A stretch of DNA of 64,000 bases from Raillietiella orientalis (Eukaryota), in the NCBI GenBank assembly GCA_036172245.1, contig JAYWIR010000002.1, positions 5,952,001-6,016,000 on the forward strand. The letters are read 5' to 3'. The position numbers and the translations under genes were made by a program. Within the stretch, counting starts at the first letter, position 1, and every line of letters begins with the position of its first letter. Below, piece by piece: positions 35,900-49,400 of the stretch. The notes beneath the pieces are model-generated. The model was not told where the DNA came from. It did no database searches and saw nothing but the letters and a program-made list of their open reading frames with translations.

Positions 35900-36085
35900 C
35901 AGGAAACCCTTCACGCTTTTCGAAATCCCCCGTTCGTGTTACTGCGGAAGTTTTCCTTCATCCTCTGGGAATTTCTCGCATGCGCTTCTGTGCCCTCCCG
36001 CTTTTCCCATTGGTCCAGAATCCCCCCGGCCCTGATGTGTACTCGGATGTTCTGGCAGCAACCCGGGATCGGCTAGGGAGGAGAG
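35900..36085 (+). mobile_element. LINE ORF2 C-terminal fragment
   Basis: FILWEFLACASVPSRFSHWSRIPPALMCTR parallels LVLHWGLPCRARLSHW..RC of the 29 kb copy. Confidence 0.4.
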
Positions 36086-36149
36086 AGACAGAATAGTCCA
36101 GGTACTCCTTCCTCCCTTTCTTCCCGGGGACGGCGATACCTCTAGACAA

Positions 36150-36540
36150 GCCTTCGGGAGCAGGTCGCCTCCAATGAGCTTAGCGCTGATCGCCTGTGGG
36201 CGCGGGCCACTACCGTCGTCCCCAAAGATTGCCAAGTCAACATCGGCCAGCTCCTCGCAGGAGCTGCTCATGCTGATGTTGACGCTGTCCTCGACCTCGG
36301 ACAGCAGCTTGAACAGCCTCGGGATGGACTTGTGCTGCTTGTCGAGGCCCTTGATGACCGAGCTTAGGCTGGTCACCTCGTTGGTTTTGACGAGCGCTAA
36401 CGAGCTGATCAACCTCAGCTCATTGGTGCTTTTTTGCGGTCCGTCTCCGCATCAGGTCAGCAAGTGGTCCCTTGGCTTTTTTTCCTCTGACAAGCTCTTA
36501 ATCTGCGGCTCGAAGCAGTCCCGACTGATGGTTCGCGCTC
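36150..36540 (-). pseudogene. Coding-like exon relic, probably a downstream part of the TRIM-like gene at 37270-37480
   Basis: Strong C/G-ending codon bias in ELRLISSLALVKTNEVTSLSSVIKGLDKQHKSIPRLFKLLSEVEDSVNISMSSSCEELADVDLAIFGDD. In-frame TGA at ~36452. Confidence 0.5.
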
Positions 36541-37269
36541 ACCGTAAATGTCCGTTAGGCGTTCATCATCCCTTCTTTTCGTTTGTCGCGGAGCGCACAT
36601 CGAGAAGGGAAAGAAGACATGCGCTCCTTACCGCTGACGTGGCGGTCAGCAGAAGGGACGAGTAGTCTAGAGTCCTGCCGACCCCCGAGAGTGAAAATCC
36701 GCTCGGGAATCACGGATGCTGAGGATTGCTCGAGTGGAACTCCCTATACGGCATTCGTGCGCTGCAGCGCTGCAGCTGCAAGAGCCAGATGTTCCATCTT
36801 TTAACGACAGTCCGTGTCTACTTGGATGAACAGGGAAGCGCCAGCAACTGACGGGATGAAGTAGCGGGGAAAGAATCGGCTCAGCGTAAGGCTGAACGCA
36901 AAAGAATTTCCTCTCAGACCGATGAGGGGGATGGAGAGAAGCAGACTTTCACCTGGTGACTCCATGGCGTTCACTTTATAAAAATAAACAACGAACAAAC
37001 AGGCTGGGAAAAAATTACCGAAACAAAAAACAAAAGGAAAGAAGTTCAACTGGAGGGTCCACCTACACGCTGGTCGAAGTTTTTAAAAGTCAGGGGCGGG
37101 AGGAGGAAGGGGACAAGAAATAAATAAAGAAATAAAAGTGGAGTCTGGAGACGAAGGTATTTGGTGCGTAACATTCTTTCTTAGAAAACTGGGAAAACTT
37201 CTGAACGAGTGGGGGAAAGTAAATTGGAAAAGTAAACAAAAATAAAAACCAATGGAGGATGAGGACAGA

Positions 37270-37480
37270 GGTCACGGGTGATGTCCGTCCTCCACTTCTG
37301 GAACCGGCGCTGGATGCCGCCGATCTCCTCCTTGACTTCTACGTCTAGGTGATGCCATCTGGTAGCCTTCCTCATGTAGGTGGCTGCCATGCAGGTGACC
37401 TCCCTTCGACGCGCCCGAATCTCCAAAAAATGGGACTGTGACGATGGCAACAGTCACAGCATGTCTTCGCAATCAGGGCG
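37270..37480 (-). pseudogene. TRIM-like B-box/coiled-coil exon relic, paralog of 9531-10090
   Basis: TCCDCCHRH, then after a frameshift LEIRARRREVTCMAATYMRKATRWHHLDVEVKEEIGGIQRRFQKWRTDIT. Aligns at nucleotide level with 9972-10078. Confidence 0.55.
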
Positions 37481-38329
37481 CCTATCGTGACTCCATCTCT
37501 CACGAAGAATCGCCGGAGGAAAACAGAACTGGTGATGTCTGCAGCAGCTCGGAAGGATGCTGTTCTTCAGGAAAGAACATCTCCTAAGAATGATGTCATT
37601 ATTGGAAGGCTGATAGGTGCAAGTCCTGTTGTTCGGGCTGCGGTGTTTTCGTTGGAGAATTAACTCAGTGAGCGAAAGATGGGGAGGTAAACTGCTATAG
37701 AAAACAAGGAGGAAGTGTCAACGTGGATACAGAGCAGTAGTCAATCGTCTTCGGTGTTGTTGTGCATCAGGAGGATGATGGACACGAGGGCTTCTGCAGT
37801 GTTGGTATAGCGCATAGAGGTGATGGTACCTGTGATTAGCTGTATGATGAGGGGGATTCCTATTTAATATCCCAAATTCCAAAATGAAGAGATCTTCGAT
37901 GGTACAAGTACACTGATTACGTGGGTTGTCCTTTTGCTGAGGTTTGGATAGGTGAAATAGGTGGGATGAACAGAGCCATTCTGTTCCTACTAGCGGATCC
38001 ATAACGTCTCCGACGTATTTCGCTTCTCGAAGTCAGTTGCTCGGTCCATTCACAAAACCCCAGGCATGACGAATAACTTCCCATGAAGTAAGCCAAGGAT
38101 GAAGCGAAGCTCCAAGAGATTTTCGAGTGAATCAAAGAAATTCTCGGCACTGCAGTGTAGTTTCTCTTTTTGACGGCTCGGAAAAAAATCGATCGTCAGG
38201 AGACGAGATGATGTCGTAATGCCCACGGGTAAGAGGAACGAGATATTTTTTCGCATCAAGGAGGAGCTTGCAACAGTATTCAGAGGTCGGAGCCTCCAGA
38301 TGGGCGAAGCCAAACAGCGAAACTCGTGC

Positions 38330-38545
38330 ACAAATTATGACAGCAAGAAGCAGCCAGCAGGTTCTGAATTATGCAAGCGAAATGCACTCGAAGTCTTGCA
38401 AGATTATGAGGTGTCTGCGTTCCATCAAGGAACACACGCGATGGGCTTGCATACGCGTCAGGGAGAAGACCGCAGTTTTTCTTCGCCAGGTGGGGGCAAT
38501 CCTTGCCGAGTGATTCCAAGCGTGAAGAGGTGCCGTTGAAGACAG
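38330..38545 (+). mobile_element. Possible hAT transposase C-terminal (dimerisation domain) relic
   Basis: LEVLQDYE..GEDRSFSSPG resembles EL..Y..SER.FS.AG. Weak. Confidence 0.25.
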
Positions 38546-38606
38546 CCATGGAGCGGACATGCGTGCGCGGAGCGAAGCGAAATTTCAACATAGGAAAGGA
38601 GAGAAG

Positions 38607-38730
38607 CAAGCATTTCGAAATGTCTGTGTGGATGGCTGAGAGTTTTTGCTGATTGGTGTGGTCACACAAGCATTTCGAAATGTCTGTGTGGATGGCTGAG
38701 AGTTTTTGCTGATTGGTGTGGTCACACAAG
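38607..38730. repeat. Perfect 60-bp tandem duplication
   Basis: CAAGCATTTCGAAATGTCTGTGTGGATGGCTGAGAGTTTTTGCTGATTGGTGTGGTCACA twice, followed by CAAG. Confidence 0.97.
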
Positions 38731-40699
38731 TTTCCTTAACTTCACCACATTTCCACCCGACACGCAACTGAAATCCCCACACAACGTTCCAAAGGCGTTA
38801 TGGGAGTTTCCCGGACACTCAGATGAGGCACCACGGAGCTCTACAACATGAAATCGTGAAAGAACGATTCGTTTCTGTGATGATCTTCTTCATCCACTCA
38901 AGGTGGAGAGTGCTTTGTGTTTTCCTTGCCAACAGTCGCAAAGGCAACTTGCAATTCCTGGAACTTCTCAATAGTAGATCAACTCATCCGAAAGTAAGGA
39001 TGGGCAACCATGAAATAGTCTCGGCGGAAGGCAAGCGCGGTTGACCATTCCATAACACGAGGAAGGCAACGGCGACGTGATTTAGGGACGTACCGGATGA
39101 AGGAAGTGGCCCCGAAGCCCAAGATGGAAGATGTAACCTTCGAGACGCTTTCTTTATTTAAGGTGAATCAGGTTCCTCAAGCAAATGACTTTGAAGAGAA
39201 ACTCTTGCCGTTCTTGAGGTACTTGAAAAGGTAGTTAAAAAGCACTCCTTCCCTAATGGCTCTTTTCGAAGAGGTTCGGAGGAATTCTTTACATATACGC
39301 TTTCTCGCCAGCTAAACGTTCCCAAGGGCTAAATAAACCGGTCCACGATTTTCACACTTCCATCTCGGTGCTAAATACTTTTTTTTTTTCCTGTGGTCAT
39401 TGATGGAATCCAATCCCAATACGGTTACTCAAAAACGTGATTGTACCAGGATTGATGAATCAGAATCACGAATTCATACAAAAAAGAACCAAGCAATAAG
39501 GCGTGTAACCTCGACCCCTCTCATCCCAAGATAACACTTGCAACCCCCATTGCAAGCCAAAATATCAGAAACGTAAAGCGTTGCTTGACCTACCCAGTGC
39601 TTCTGGAGCACAAATCCTCGCCAGCCCAGGTAGCACACCGAAATGCACTCCAGAATCCAGCAACCATCCAGAGCACAATGAGTGAGGGGACACTGGATCT
39701 CGTTTTCTCGTTCTGTAGCGTTGAAATGAAAGTGGAGGCCAATCGAGGAAATTCTCGCGCATTCGGTGGACTCGAGGTAGCGGTCATCTGCTTAGTTCAA
39801 GACGAAGGACTTGCTTTTCGGGAAACGACTGAAGGGAGAGAGGGATTGGAAACGACAGAAGGATCCGAATGGAATGCTGAATCAAGAAAGGCAGATCAAA
39901 GACTGGTTTCGGGAAGGAAAAATCGAAGAACGTTTTGACTCTTCGAACGGATCCTTTAGGAGAAACGGTATAGATTTGGGTACTCTTCAGGGACCAGTCT
40001 CTGTAGGTTGGTAGAACCGGCACCCAAAGTCACTGGACATTTCGTGGATCTCCTTGAGGATTTCTTGCTACGAGGATACAGCACTGTATCCCATCCCTTC
40101 ACCAAACTTCAGTGGACTTTCCGATCTCAGTGACTTCGGGAGATCGCAACTCGCCTGACAAACTGGCTCCACACACAAAATGCTTGAAAATGCAGCGAGG
40201 AAGACAGCGATGAAACCCAAGATGAGTTGCGTTTCCCAGCATGGAAAATTAGCCTGGCTTGCATGCAACCAAAGAGCGAGAATTCGTTCGGAAATGCACT
40301 GCTATATATGCCGTGGTCTGGAAGGTAAATACAGTGAAGCAGGTAGCACCAGTCTGTCCACGTGACATGGACCCCCTGTTAAGGCAGGATACGAAACATG
40401 CTTTCAATCTCACGTGAGCACATGGAGGATGGCGCGAAAGTGAGTTTGAGTGCTGCGAGCATCGGGCGCATTTCTTCAAGTTGCAGCATTGCTTGGAGCA
40501 TCCGTTTCAACGTCAAGGGCGATACTGTCCGCTCCGAACTGTCCATGCAGCGAGCGGATCCAGCACGTTCATTCCAGAGTGAAGATTAATCGCTTTAATC
40601 GGGAGGTGCACACACTCCACGTGAGGTGCCTGCCCGCTTGGGCAGTAGGGTTCCCCATCCATTGTGAACTTCAGCTGTTCTAGAGTTCAAAGTGGAAGC

Positions 40700-40770
40700 C
40701 TTTGGCAGCAGCGTAAAAGCAGTCTCCGCGCGTGGTGCCATGTGTTGCGGGAGAGGATCGACGGATCGAC
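40700..40770 (+). mobile_element. SINE head fragment, copy 5
   Basis: GTCTCCGCGCGTGGTGCCATGTGTTGCGGG is nearly identical to 32180-32210. Confidence 0.6.
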
Positions 40771-40779
40771 GTCTCACCA

Positions 40780-41490
40780 ACTGTAGTGCCTGGAAACAGG
40801 AAACACTTCAGGCGTGGATGGAAAGAAACGACACGAACTCGGAGCCATCACGATGCCTGCGATTCTCGAACTGCGCTCGCTGCTCGTTGCAAGAAATCAT
40901 GGACTGCCCAAGGAAGACAACCCGGGCACTCAACACCCCAATTGCAGACACGCTGGACACCATGGGACAAAGTGGAAATAGCGGTGGCCTTGCGAGATGG
41001 GAAGCATCAGGCCAGATCGCGGGAAAAAGGAAGCAGTTGGGATACTGGACAGAGCGTCAACTGGTTGACGAATGCAACCCAGACGCCTTCCCTGAAGGAA
41101 TTCGTCGCTGGATGGAGCTGCTGAACATTCCACCTAGTGAGGCAAAAATCCCAGTGTTGGTGGACAGTTCCACGCTTCTCCTGAAGTGGAAGGACTTGAC
41201 ACTGAGGTTGCTGCACCGGGCGATCCCATGCAACGCACGAGTCCACCACTGGACAAGAGGGAGCGTGGCTCCAGAATATGCCACGTGCAGGAAAACAGGA
41301 AACCTTCCCGTACCTGTTGTTGGGTTGGAAGAAAGTGTGTGTGTGTGTGTGTGCGTGTGCGTATTTTTTTTTGTTTACCCCTTCCCTCACTCTGCCTGTG
41401 TGGACCTCATCAGGGTGCTGCTCAAGAGAAGCAGCAGCACCTCCGAGGCGTTTCCCTTCGTAGTGTGATATGAAACCACTACGAAGAAAG
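40780..41490 (+). mobile_element. L1/Tx1-type LINE 3' fragment with a (GT)n run and structured 3' UTR
   Basis: YWTERQLVD..RWMELLNIP..LLKWKDLTLRLLHRAIPCNARVHHWTRGSV parallels the 29 kb copy. Hairpins at 41395-41414 and 41456-41486. Confidence 0.8.
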
Positions 41491-42549
41491 ACATTTTTAT
41501 ATTCCATATTACTTTTTTTGTAAATATTTTTTTAAAATAAACGTCCGTGCGTGGCTGGGTGAAATGAAGAAGCAGATGCATGGCTTGCGGTCTTGGCAGA
41601 GGTCGTCAAAGACTTTCTGAATTGCAACGGCTCCATCCGTCTTGTGTCCATCTTTACAAAGCGCTCCCTGTAGCGTTATGGTGCGACCCTCTTTGAAGCA
41701 CAAATCTGCAGCTCGAGTTTCCATTATCAAGGAGAATAGAGAAAAGTTGCCTAAGGTCAAGAGAGCGACTTCTCCAGAGCACATGAATTCTGCCCAGAGA
41801 TAGAGATAAATGGAGAGCGGGAAGCTGGCGTCGCCTTCGCCTCGGTCTTGCATTCCTTCATTTTTCAGGAAGATTGCAAGGAATGAGAGGAAGTCCCTAA
41901 GAAGTCAGAAGAAGGAGGGAAAGGAATAAGCGAATCTCATCAGAGAAAAGATAAGCGTCTGAGGTTCGGCTAAATCCACGAAGATTCTTTCTCTTCGGGA
42001 GCAGCACGTTCCGAAGGGAAGTCGCAACTCCCAAAAAGATCCAAATTACGGCAGAGTGGTCCTGAGGCTGTGTAGTGGTAAGAGCGGCAAGAGCTCTCCT
42101 GCCGGCAAGCGCAGTTCTCCTCGATTCAGCACGAAGCCCTCTTTCAACGTACCGGGCAGGGAGGGAATGGAAGCCGCCGCTTAGGCAGGCATGCCCCAGC
42201 TCTGAGGATAAGACTAGCGAACCCCTGTGGATCGGAAAAAGGGAGCAGGAATTTCCTGCCTTAACAAAAGATATCCCGAAACCTAGAAACAGGAAAAGGA
42301 AGTTGTCTGTACCAAATAGTCTTTTTCCTTCTGCCAAGGAAGCGACAGCGTCTCACCAGCCGACGGACTCCTCAGCGGTTGTCAGGAGTGCGAAACGAAA
42401 GGAGTCCCTAGACTAAGACTGAAGGAAGGCAGGAAGTTTCACCAAAGAGACTCGAGACGAGCCCTTTGTTCCAGGCGCCAACTTAGCAGTCGGGTCCGCG
42501 CACTCTCTCTAAGAAGAAAATCGGAGAGCAAAACCAGATGATCTTCCTC

Positions 42550-43950
42550 CCATCCAGTATTTTAAAAAGCCTTGTAGCGTTTTCAGGAATTCCCTGGAAC
42601 ACCAACATCCCTCTGCTCTCTGCTCAGCGTCCCGCTACCGAACCTGCGTATCCACTTAGAGGAAATCCCCTTCACGGCAGAGGGGTTTACCGGAAGATCA
42701 GGAAGAGACCGGAGCTTCGAGATCTCCAAAGGGATGCGAGCGGAAATGCCCCATCGCGGAGGAGCTTTTCCCACGCTTTCGCTGCCGGTGAGTCGCCACA
42801 GAGGCTGCAGTCCTTTGGGAGTCCCGCCCATTCGCCTTCTCGAGTAGTGGGCGCACCGAAACCTCTCTGGCCGGCTGAAGGACGCAGTCCTTTCCCCTCG
42901 GTCGGCACCCGAGAAAGGGTTTCCCTTCCTCGGAGCCGAAGCACCTTGCAGTGACTCTCGCCGCTCCGAAGAGATTCGGTAAAGTTGGGCGAATTCCAGA
43001 GCTCGGAGGCGAAGGAGAGTGTTCAACGAAGCGGACCTAACCGAAAGTGGGCCGCCGAATTTTCCGATGCTTCTCGCCGCACTTCAATGCAACCAAGAGG
43101 CCCCCCCGCCCTTCCCTCACGAAACTCCTAACCGATACTTCTCCCTGGCGCGCCACGCGATGGATTCGCTCCCATCGTCTGCCTCCTGTTGGCCTCCACA
43201 AGAACTGTACACAAACGGGCGTTCGTTTGTACGACTCGGAGTGCGAGCATCAGCAAACGGTCCAAAGGATTAGCTCTCGAATCCTTCCTCAGCTGATCAG
43301 GAGCGGCAAACTCGTTGAGTGGCTTCGGGCAGCAGAAGATCCTGAACACTCTCTCCGCCTCAGGCCGGTCAGCAAGGCTGGTCAGAAGAACTGGAGGAGA
43401 GGAATCCCTGGCAACCTGCGGCAGTCGGTCTCTGAACGCGAAGGCGAGCTGACATCGCGCAACCGCCATGGATTCGCAGGAGCTCCCCCCTTCCGGTTTG
43501 CTCCTGCATCCCACCAGCAAGCAAGGAAAGGATAAATGGTGATCCCGGGAGGATAATGGCGCGCAGAATTCCCGACTGATGGAAAGGAGCTTTAGTTAGG
43601 CAGCTATCTTCTCGGGGCTCATCGACAGAGAATCTCCCAGCTTCCTTCGTTCCTGTACTCAGGTTTTCGTCTGCAGCATCCAGAGTACCAAACGACGTCC
43701 TTCGTAATCCTGCAAACCCCCGAGGCTCGGTGGCGGTAGTGATGCTTTGACCGGTAGATCTGGCTATCCTGTCGAAACAAAGGCCTGATGAACCGCCCCG
43801 GGTGTCGAGAAACCATGCAAGAAATGAGGGTGAAGCCAGATGATGGTGGAGTACGTGGTGAATAGACGCGATGAAGGAGCGCAGTGGTATCCAAGCATCG
43901 TTGCATCTTCTAGCACGGTCATCAGTTCGCGGACTCTCGGATAAAGCTGG
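42550..43950 (+). mobile_element. Decayed L1/Tx1 RT domain
   Basis: PMLLAALQCNQEA resembles LD.EKAFD; QELYTNGRSFVRLG resembles I..LY...S.V..NG. KLVEWLRA follows, then YLLG, resembling KYLG. Confidence 0.5.
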
Positions 43951-44329
43951 AGTCTCTGATGGAGACCCTGAAGAGGAACTTCCTGGGAGGACGTTCCTCC
44001 CGTGATGAGAAAAAAATGCAAATCGGATGATGAAACTGCTTCTGCCTGCGCTGTAGCATCATCACATGTCATCTTCGATCCCATTTGCAGATAATGATGA
44101 CTGACGATTGATCTTATTTTCGCAACTGCCCGTGTCCATCTTTTTCACAGTCATTTTCATGGGCACTTTAACAGAGGCAGCCTTCTTTTATTTATTTTTT
44201 GCTAATGGAAGTCCAGCGCAAATCTCTTCCATCCCATCGTTTCTATAAATAGAGTTGCAGCTGAATGGCTTCTCAAGATGTGAAAGAAAGAAGCTGGTTT
44301 CTCCTTCGGGTGTGCCTATTTGAAGTTCA

Positions 44330-44990
44330 TGAGGTCATGATTCGTGAGGTCCCGGAAAACAGCAATTTCTTAAGAATTGGTTTTCCCCCAAGGTTCCCAC
44401 AGGATCTAAATAGGGATCGGCAGAGATGATCTTGTGCTGAGCGCGTAAGTCTCGGAAGGAATCCGGGCTCATGGCTTTCCCGAGGTCTTCCCAGGCAGCG
44501 TCGCCCTTTTCCCAGAGTCTGCTGTCGTTGGTTTGGCCCTCGGTGTTCGACATTCCCGGCATTTCCATGTAATGGAAATTGAGATTCCACCACCCACTGC
44601 TCCGCAGTAGATCTTTTATCAAGTTCTGCACCTCTGGCCGGAAGGGGAGGGGGGGCAGACAGCCGAAGGACCTGCAGCGCGGCTGGAGAGAAACGGGCTG
44701 CAGGTGCGACCGCGGATCCGGGAAGGAAAGTTGCTCGAGGACGAAAGGAATGGAAGCGATCCTTTCTCGGAGGTCGGCAAGGCCGAATCATCTCGGGTTC
44801 TCGTTCGCCGTCACAGAAGGAAGATCCTTGGACGGAATCACGCGGGACTCCCGTTGAAGGCGACACGTTGGCACAGTGACTCTTGTCCCGAGCCTTTGAA
44901 CTAATGCGCCAATCAACCGGCTCCTCATGACTGCACACGCGTTCATCTCCGTTTCTTTCTTGTGTCTCTTTCTTGAACACTTCTGACATG
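44330..44990 (-). mobile_element. Decayed L1-type endonuclease/linker fragment
   Basis: KDRFHSFRP, WWNLNFHYME (resembling WKLN) and AAWEDLGK (resembling WE..K). Confidence 0.35.
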
Positions 44991-47900
44991 ATGGTGCGTG
45001 GAGACACCCTTCATGTCCGGGAAATCCACGAGGAGGAAGAAGGGGGGGTGGAAGAAGAGATGAAGAAGATCAGGAAGGGAGTAAAAGATGAAGGAAGAGG
45101 AGAAGGAAAAAAGTAAAGGCAGGAAGGGAGGATGAAGAAGACGAGGGCATGGTTGGTCATTGTTTCACATGCACATAGGTTTGAACTGAGCACCAAAAGG
45201 AGTGGTCCGTCATCCTTGTTTCATGGGTGAGATAACAGGAGCTGCCAGGGGTCTGTCGCGGTTGAGTTCGTGCAGCAAGCAGCAAACTGCAGCAGCAATT
45301 CTTCATTCGGGTCCTCAAGCCACCTGGAACATTACTCTGACTCATCAAGAGTAAAGAGATGCGATGGAGCTCAAGGAGGGAGCGCCCTTCCCTCGTGGAC
45401 TGATCTTCCCTTGGGGCACGTGAGGACTGTAGCTTTCCTTCTCTCGGAAAGTCGGGCAGGAACGTGGGCAAAGAAGAAGAGCAATGATTGCTCGTGTCAA
45501 ACTCCTGGGAGCTGCCCAAATGTTGAAGGGTTGCACTGAAAACTGAGGTGCAGAGATCTTTGTTTCCTGCCCAGCGTGTCGCCAGGCAATGGGTGAGAAC
45601 ACTGAGAATCGCAGCCTCTACCTGGCAAAGGTCTCTTCTCGGTCTGCAGCGGCCGTTTGCCTGGATCCGTGACCCGCGAAGAGACTTCCTGAGATGAAGG
45701 CTCTTCCGCTGCAAGAATCCAAGGCTCATTTCTAAAAGCTTGTGAAAAGCTCTGAGAGGATCCCGCCTGTCAGAGTGAGACGGACATCAAGTGTGAAGAC
45801 GAAAGTCACGCAGCACCAACTAGAGGACCTTAGCAGCCGATCTGAACGTGAGTGCATTATTGATTGCTATCAATAATGCACTCTTTCAAGGCAGGTGGGC
45901 AGCAACCACCAAGTGCTAGAGGGCCCAGCCACAGCCAGTTTCGTGACACTCAGCTGGAAGACTTTAAGTACTGGTCCCCAAGGTGCTCTCCCCTGGTACG
46001 AAAATCAGAGAATGTCTTTCCTTGACCTTTGAGTGAGGATCGGCTCTAAAAACGAATACCTTGACTTTCACTCGGCCGGACCTCGATGGACTGCATGCTG
46101 GTTAACCGCTCCTGGACTCCTTGCATATAGTGGCAACCTTGTGGAGTCCCACTTTCGGTTGATGCTTGTGTTTACTTTCTCCAACTGCTTATCGATGCTT
46201 TTTCTTTGGAGGGGGGGGGGGCAAGATCGCCTTGGTATCTCCAGATGCAAAGAGTCTTCTTGCTTGCTCAATAGCCACGAGGAAACTCTGGCACGTTGAA
46301 AGAAATATTCTGAGCACGTCAGAAAGTGACACAAGGATTGGTTGCTGCTGGTTGCTGAATTTCGTGTGAGAACAAGCTATCAGAACATCCAGTAAACTTG
46401 CTGTCTGGAAAACGTCTGCCTTCAACGAAATGGTGACCACTTTTTGATCGAACTCTCTCGTTTTGTTGAATCTTTGAGCTAAAAGAGGTGGGCAACAAGG
46501 CATGATTTTTAAAAGGCTGGCGGTCAGAGAAAATTGTCGAAAACTTTCGCAGCTGCATCCAGAAGAACTCCGTCATTGCCGGCCACTCACTCGGGTGTGG
46601 CAATCCTTTGCGCAGCATGACCCCAACACCAGGACACCTGAAGATTCTGTCTCCTCAAAACGGGAGGCAATGGTGAAGGATAATCAGAAACTTCACCTGG
46701 AGAGGCGCTGTCTCCGAAAATAATCGCCAAACGAGGCCACCTGGTCAATCATGCGATAAAGAGCATCGATTTCCGAACTTTGTGTTTTTATATCTTGCAT
46801 CTAAATGCGGTGACCTCATTCAGGTAGAAAGGAGAGTATCGTAAACAAAAGAATTGCAGGCACCCGTCTGCAGACCCTAAGGAGACTGATGCCGCTCGCT
46901 CAAATTCAGGTTGGTATATCAATTATTCCGAATTCAAAATCCAGGACTCCATGTGCAGTTTGAGTTCAAGAGGGAGAGGGGTCGAACGTTTCCCACGTAA
47001 TCGTCGTGCGAGCCACAGGGGACTCTCAGCTGAAGACACGCAACAGTTAGGTCAATATGTCAATACAGAGAAGGGGATTTCGGAGAACGAGCGGTGGACA
47101 TCTGTGAAAGGACAAAACAAACCTCGAGCGGTGTGCGTGCAGTGCATTAGACCATTAGCATGAGTCAAAGTAAAGTGGGGCCTCCCTCCCTAAGCCACCT
47201 GCGGAAAGCAGTTAGAGGAGCACTAGGAAACAGATATTCTGGAGAAAACCTCCAGACAGGTTACCTGGATTCCACATCGCATCGGCTGTTTGGTCTTTTC
47301 AATCTTTTGATCTTGTTTGCCGAGGTTCTTCTTTTCTTTCAGTCTCATCATCCATTCGATCCCTTCCTTCCTCCACTTAACAAAGGGCGGCGGTCAGTTA
47401 ACCGGAGAATGGGCACATGTAAAACGTACTCATGATGGACGCACCCATAATTCTCTGCAGTTAGCCTGCTCTTGGACATTAAATAAGCAACTATGTCGGC
47501 AGATGTTGACATCGCAGTCATGTTGTCACCACTCCTCTGATCTTCGCGCACATGGACACACCCGGATGTCTTGTCTTGGATCCGCTGATGTGTACGCAAG
47601 CGTTTGTACGTCAGTGCACCTTTGCGCAGGCACCTGCTTCTGCCTTCACGCGGCTGAGCCACCTTGCTTATGGATTCGAGAGCCGGAACGCAAACTGTTT
47701 TTCGTCTTCTTGGACCGCTTTTCGTTGGGAACATCCTTTTCCTGGAACCGCGGGAGCTCCAGTCCGCCCGCGATCCGCGGTCCGATTGCTAATTCGAGAA
47801 AAGAAAAAAAGAGAAAGAGTCGTGGACTTCGTCTCTGAATTACCTGTGGCACTAGGTGTCATCTCGCTTCCAGCAGTGAAATTCCTGAAGTGTATCATTG

Positions 47901-48299
47901 CGAAGAGGATGCTTGCTCTCATAAATGGTTCACCTCATCGAAAAATTCGGCGTCCGACATCTCACTCGCGCAGGATAATGCCACCGCGTTCCCTCCTACG
48001 GTTGCGGAGTAGCCATCCCAAGGCTATTGGATTAAGGGGAAAGAGCGGCTGCAAAGCGATCATAGGTCATCACATTCCTAAAATTGGCGGTGCAATCTGA
48101 CCGTAGACTGAGGTGTATCAATTGTGATGATGACCAAAAAGGTCGTGACTCCGGATGCAGGCTGAAAGTTTTCGCTTTTTGCGCCAGTTCGTTGCTTCGG
48201 GAGAATGGAAGCCTTCTTCGTTCGAGAGGACATGATCCTGGCTGCTGGTGCTGCAGCCCGGAGACGGTGAAAGATGCTTCTGGAAGCAGTGAATCGATA

Positions 48300-49400
48300 G
48301 GGAATAGGACACGGTGGCTGCATTTCAGGCTGACGCGAGGGTGACCAGGAGTCGCAGCACTCGCTGCGGAGGGAAATGCTCAGCAAGGAGGTGGGCTAGC
48401 AGGCTAATTATTGATGACCATCTCCTCATCTTGGAACACGAGGAAGAAGGAGTGAGGATCCTGAAGAAAGCGCTCTGTTGTCTGCGGGAACTTCTTTCCT
48501 CTCCGTTGTCAGGGAAACGACACCGAGAGGAAGCAGGCTCAGACGCCCATGAGTTGCGCCCGCAGTCACCGATATCGGCAAGAAGCAAACATTCTGGAGC
48601 CCATGCTCCCGTAGGGTTCTGGTGGCGTAGCAGAAATGAGGGAAAGGAGGGGAGGGATAGGAAACCTAGAGGCAAGGGGAACCGCTAGAATGGCGCCTTC
48701 GTCTGAGTGACAGGGAAAGAGTAAAGACTAAAGATGGGCACTCCAGGATGGCTGGTCCAAGGTCTTCCTATTCGGACCTTCACGAATGAAAATTTCGAAT
48801 TTTGGACTCCGGTCGGAGAGGCGCCCGTGCAGTCCCGTGGCTTCCGGGAACATCCCACATCGTATCGGTGCGAACTTCCGTTCCGCACTCTCCGTTGCCG
48901 GAGGACCGGCGGAATCTGTCACTAGGAAGCCTCTGGCTGAGACTGGTGGTTGGCTGGATGAGCTCCTGCGCCTCGTTGCGTAAGCGATGTCCCGACCTCG
49001 GCAGCCCCGCTCTCCTCCTCGCCGCTTGAGCCAGGGATCCGCAGCCATCGACTGCACCAGCCCGGCCCCGTCCCCTTCCTCTCCTTCCCGGAAGGTATTA
49101 TTGTTTCCCAGGAGGACGGAAGGAGCAAACATTTTCTTCCGGTCACGTGACCCGGGGCGGGAGGAGGGAGGCAAGCCACGCTCCTCTGCTACCTGCTTTC
49201 CCACCCTGAATGCCACTTTCGGATGCTCTCGAGGAAACGTGCATTTGCTGCGTCCTTCCCAAAGTGGCTCCATGAAAGGGCAGGCCCTTCGTGCGAGGAT
49301 CAGATCGCAGTGAAAGTCGGCTTCCTTCCCTCCTCCCCTCCCCCCTCCTCGCTTCTCCGCACACACCACTCAGCCTCCACGATAAAAGCATCCGTGTTTT
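48300..49400 (-). mobile_element. Decayed L1/Tx1 RT domain
   Basis: EERGLPPSSRPG, GRDIAY, SAERKFAPIR (resembling D.EKAFDRV), LGFLSLPSF and LLLADIG (resembling YADD) occur in RT order. Confidence 0.5.

Noticed and set aside
38607..38730. CRISPR-like direct repeats (also considered for the 7855-8080 array)
   Set aside because: There are no unique spacers of regular length and no cas genes, and the context is eukaryotic.
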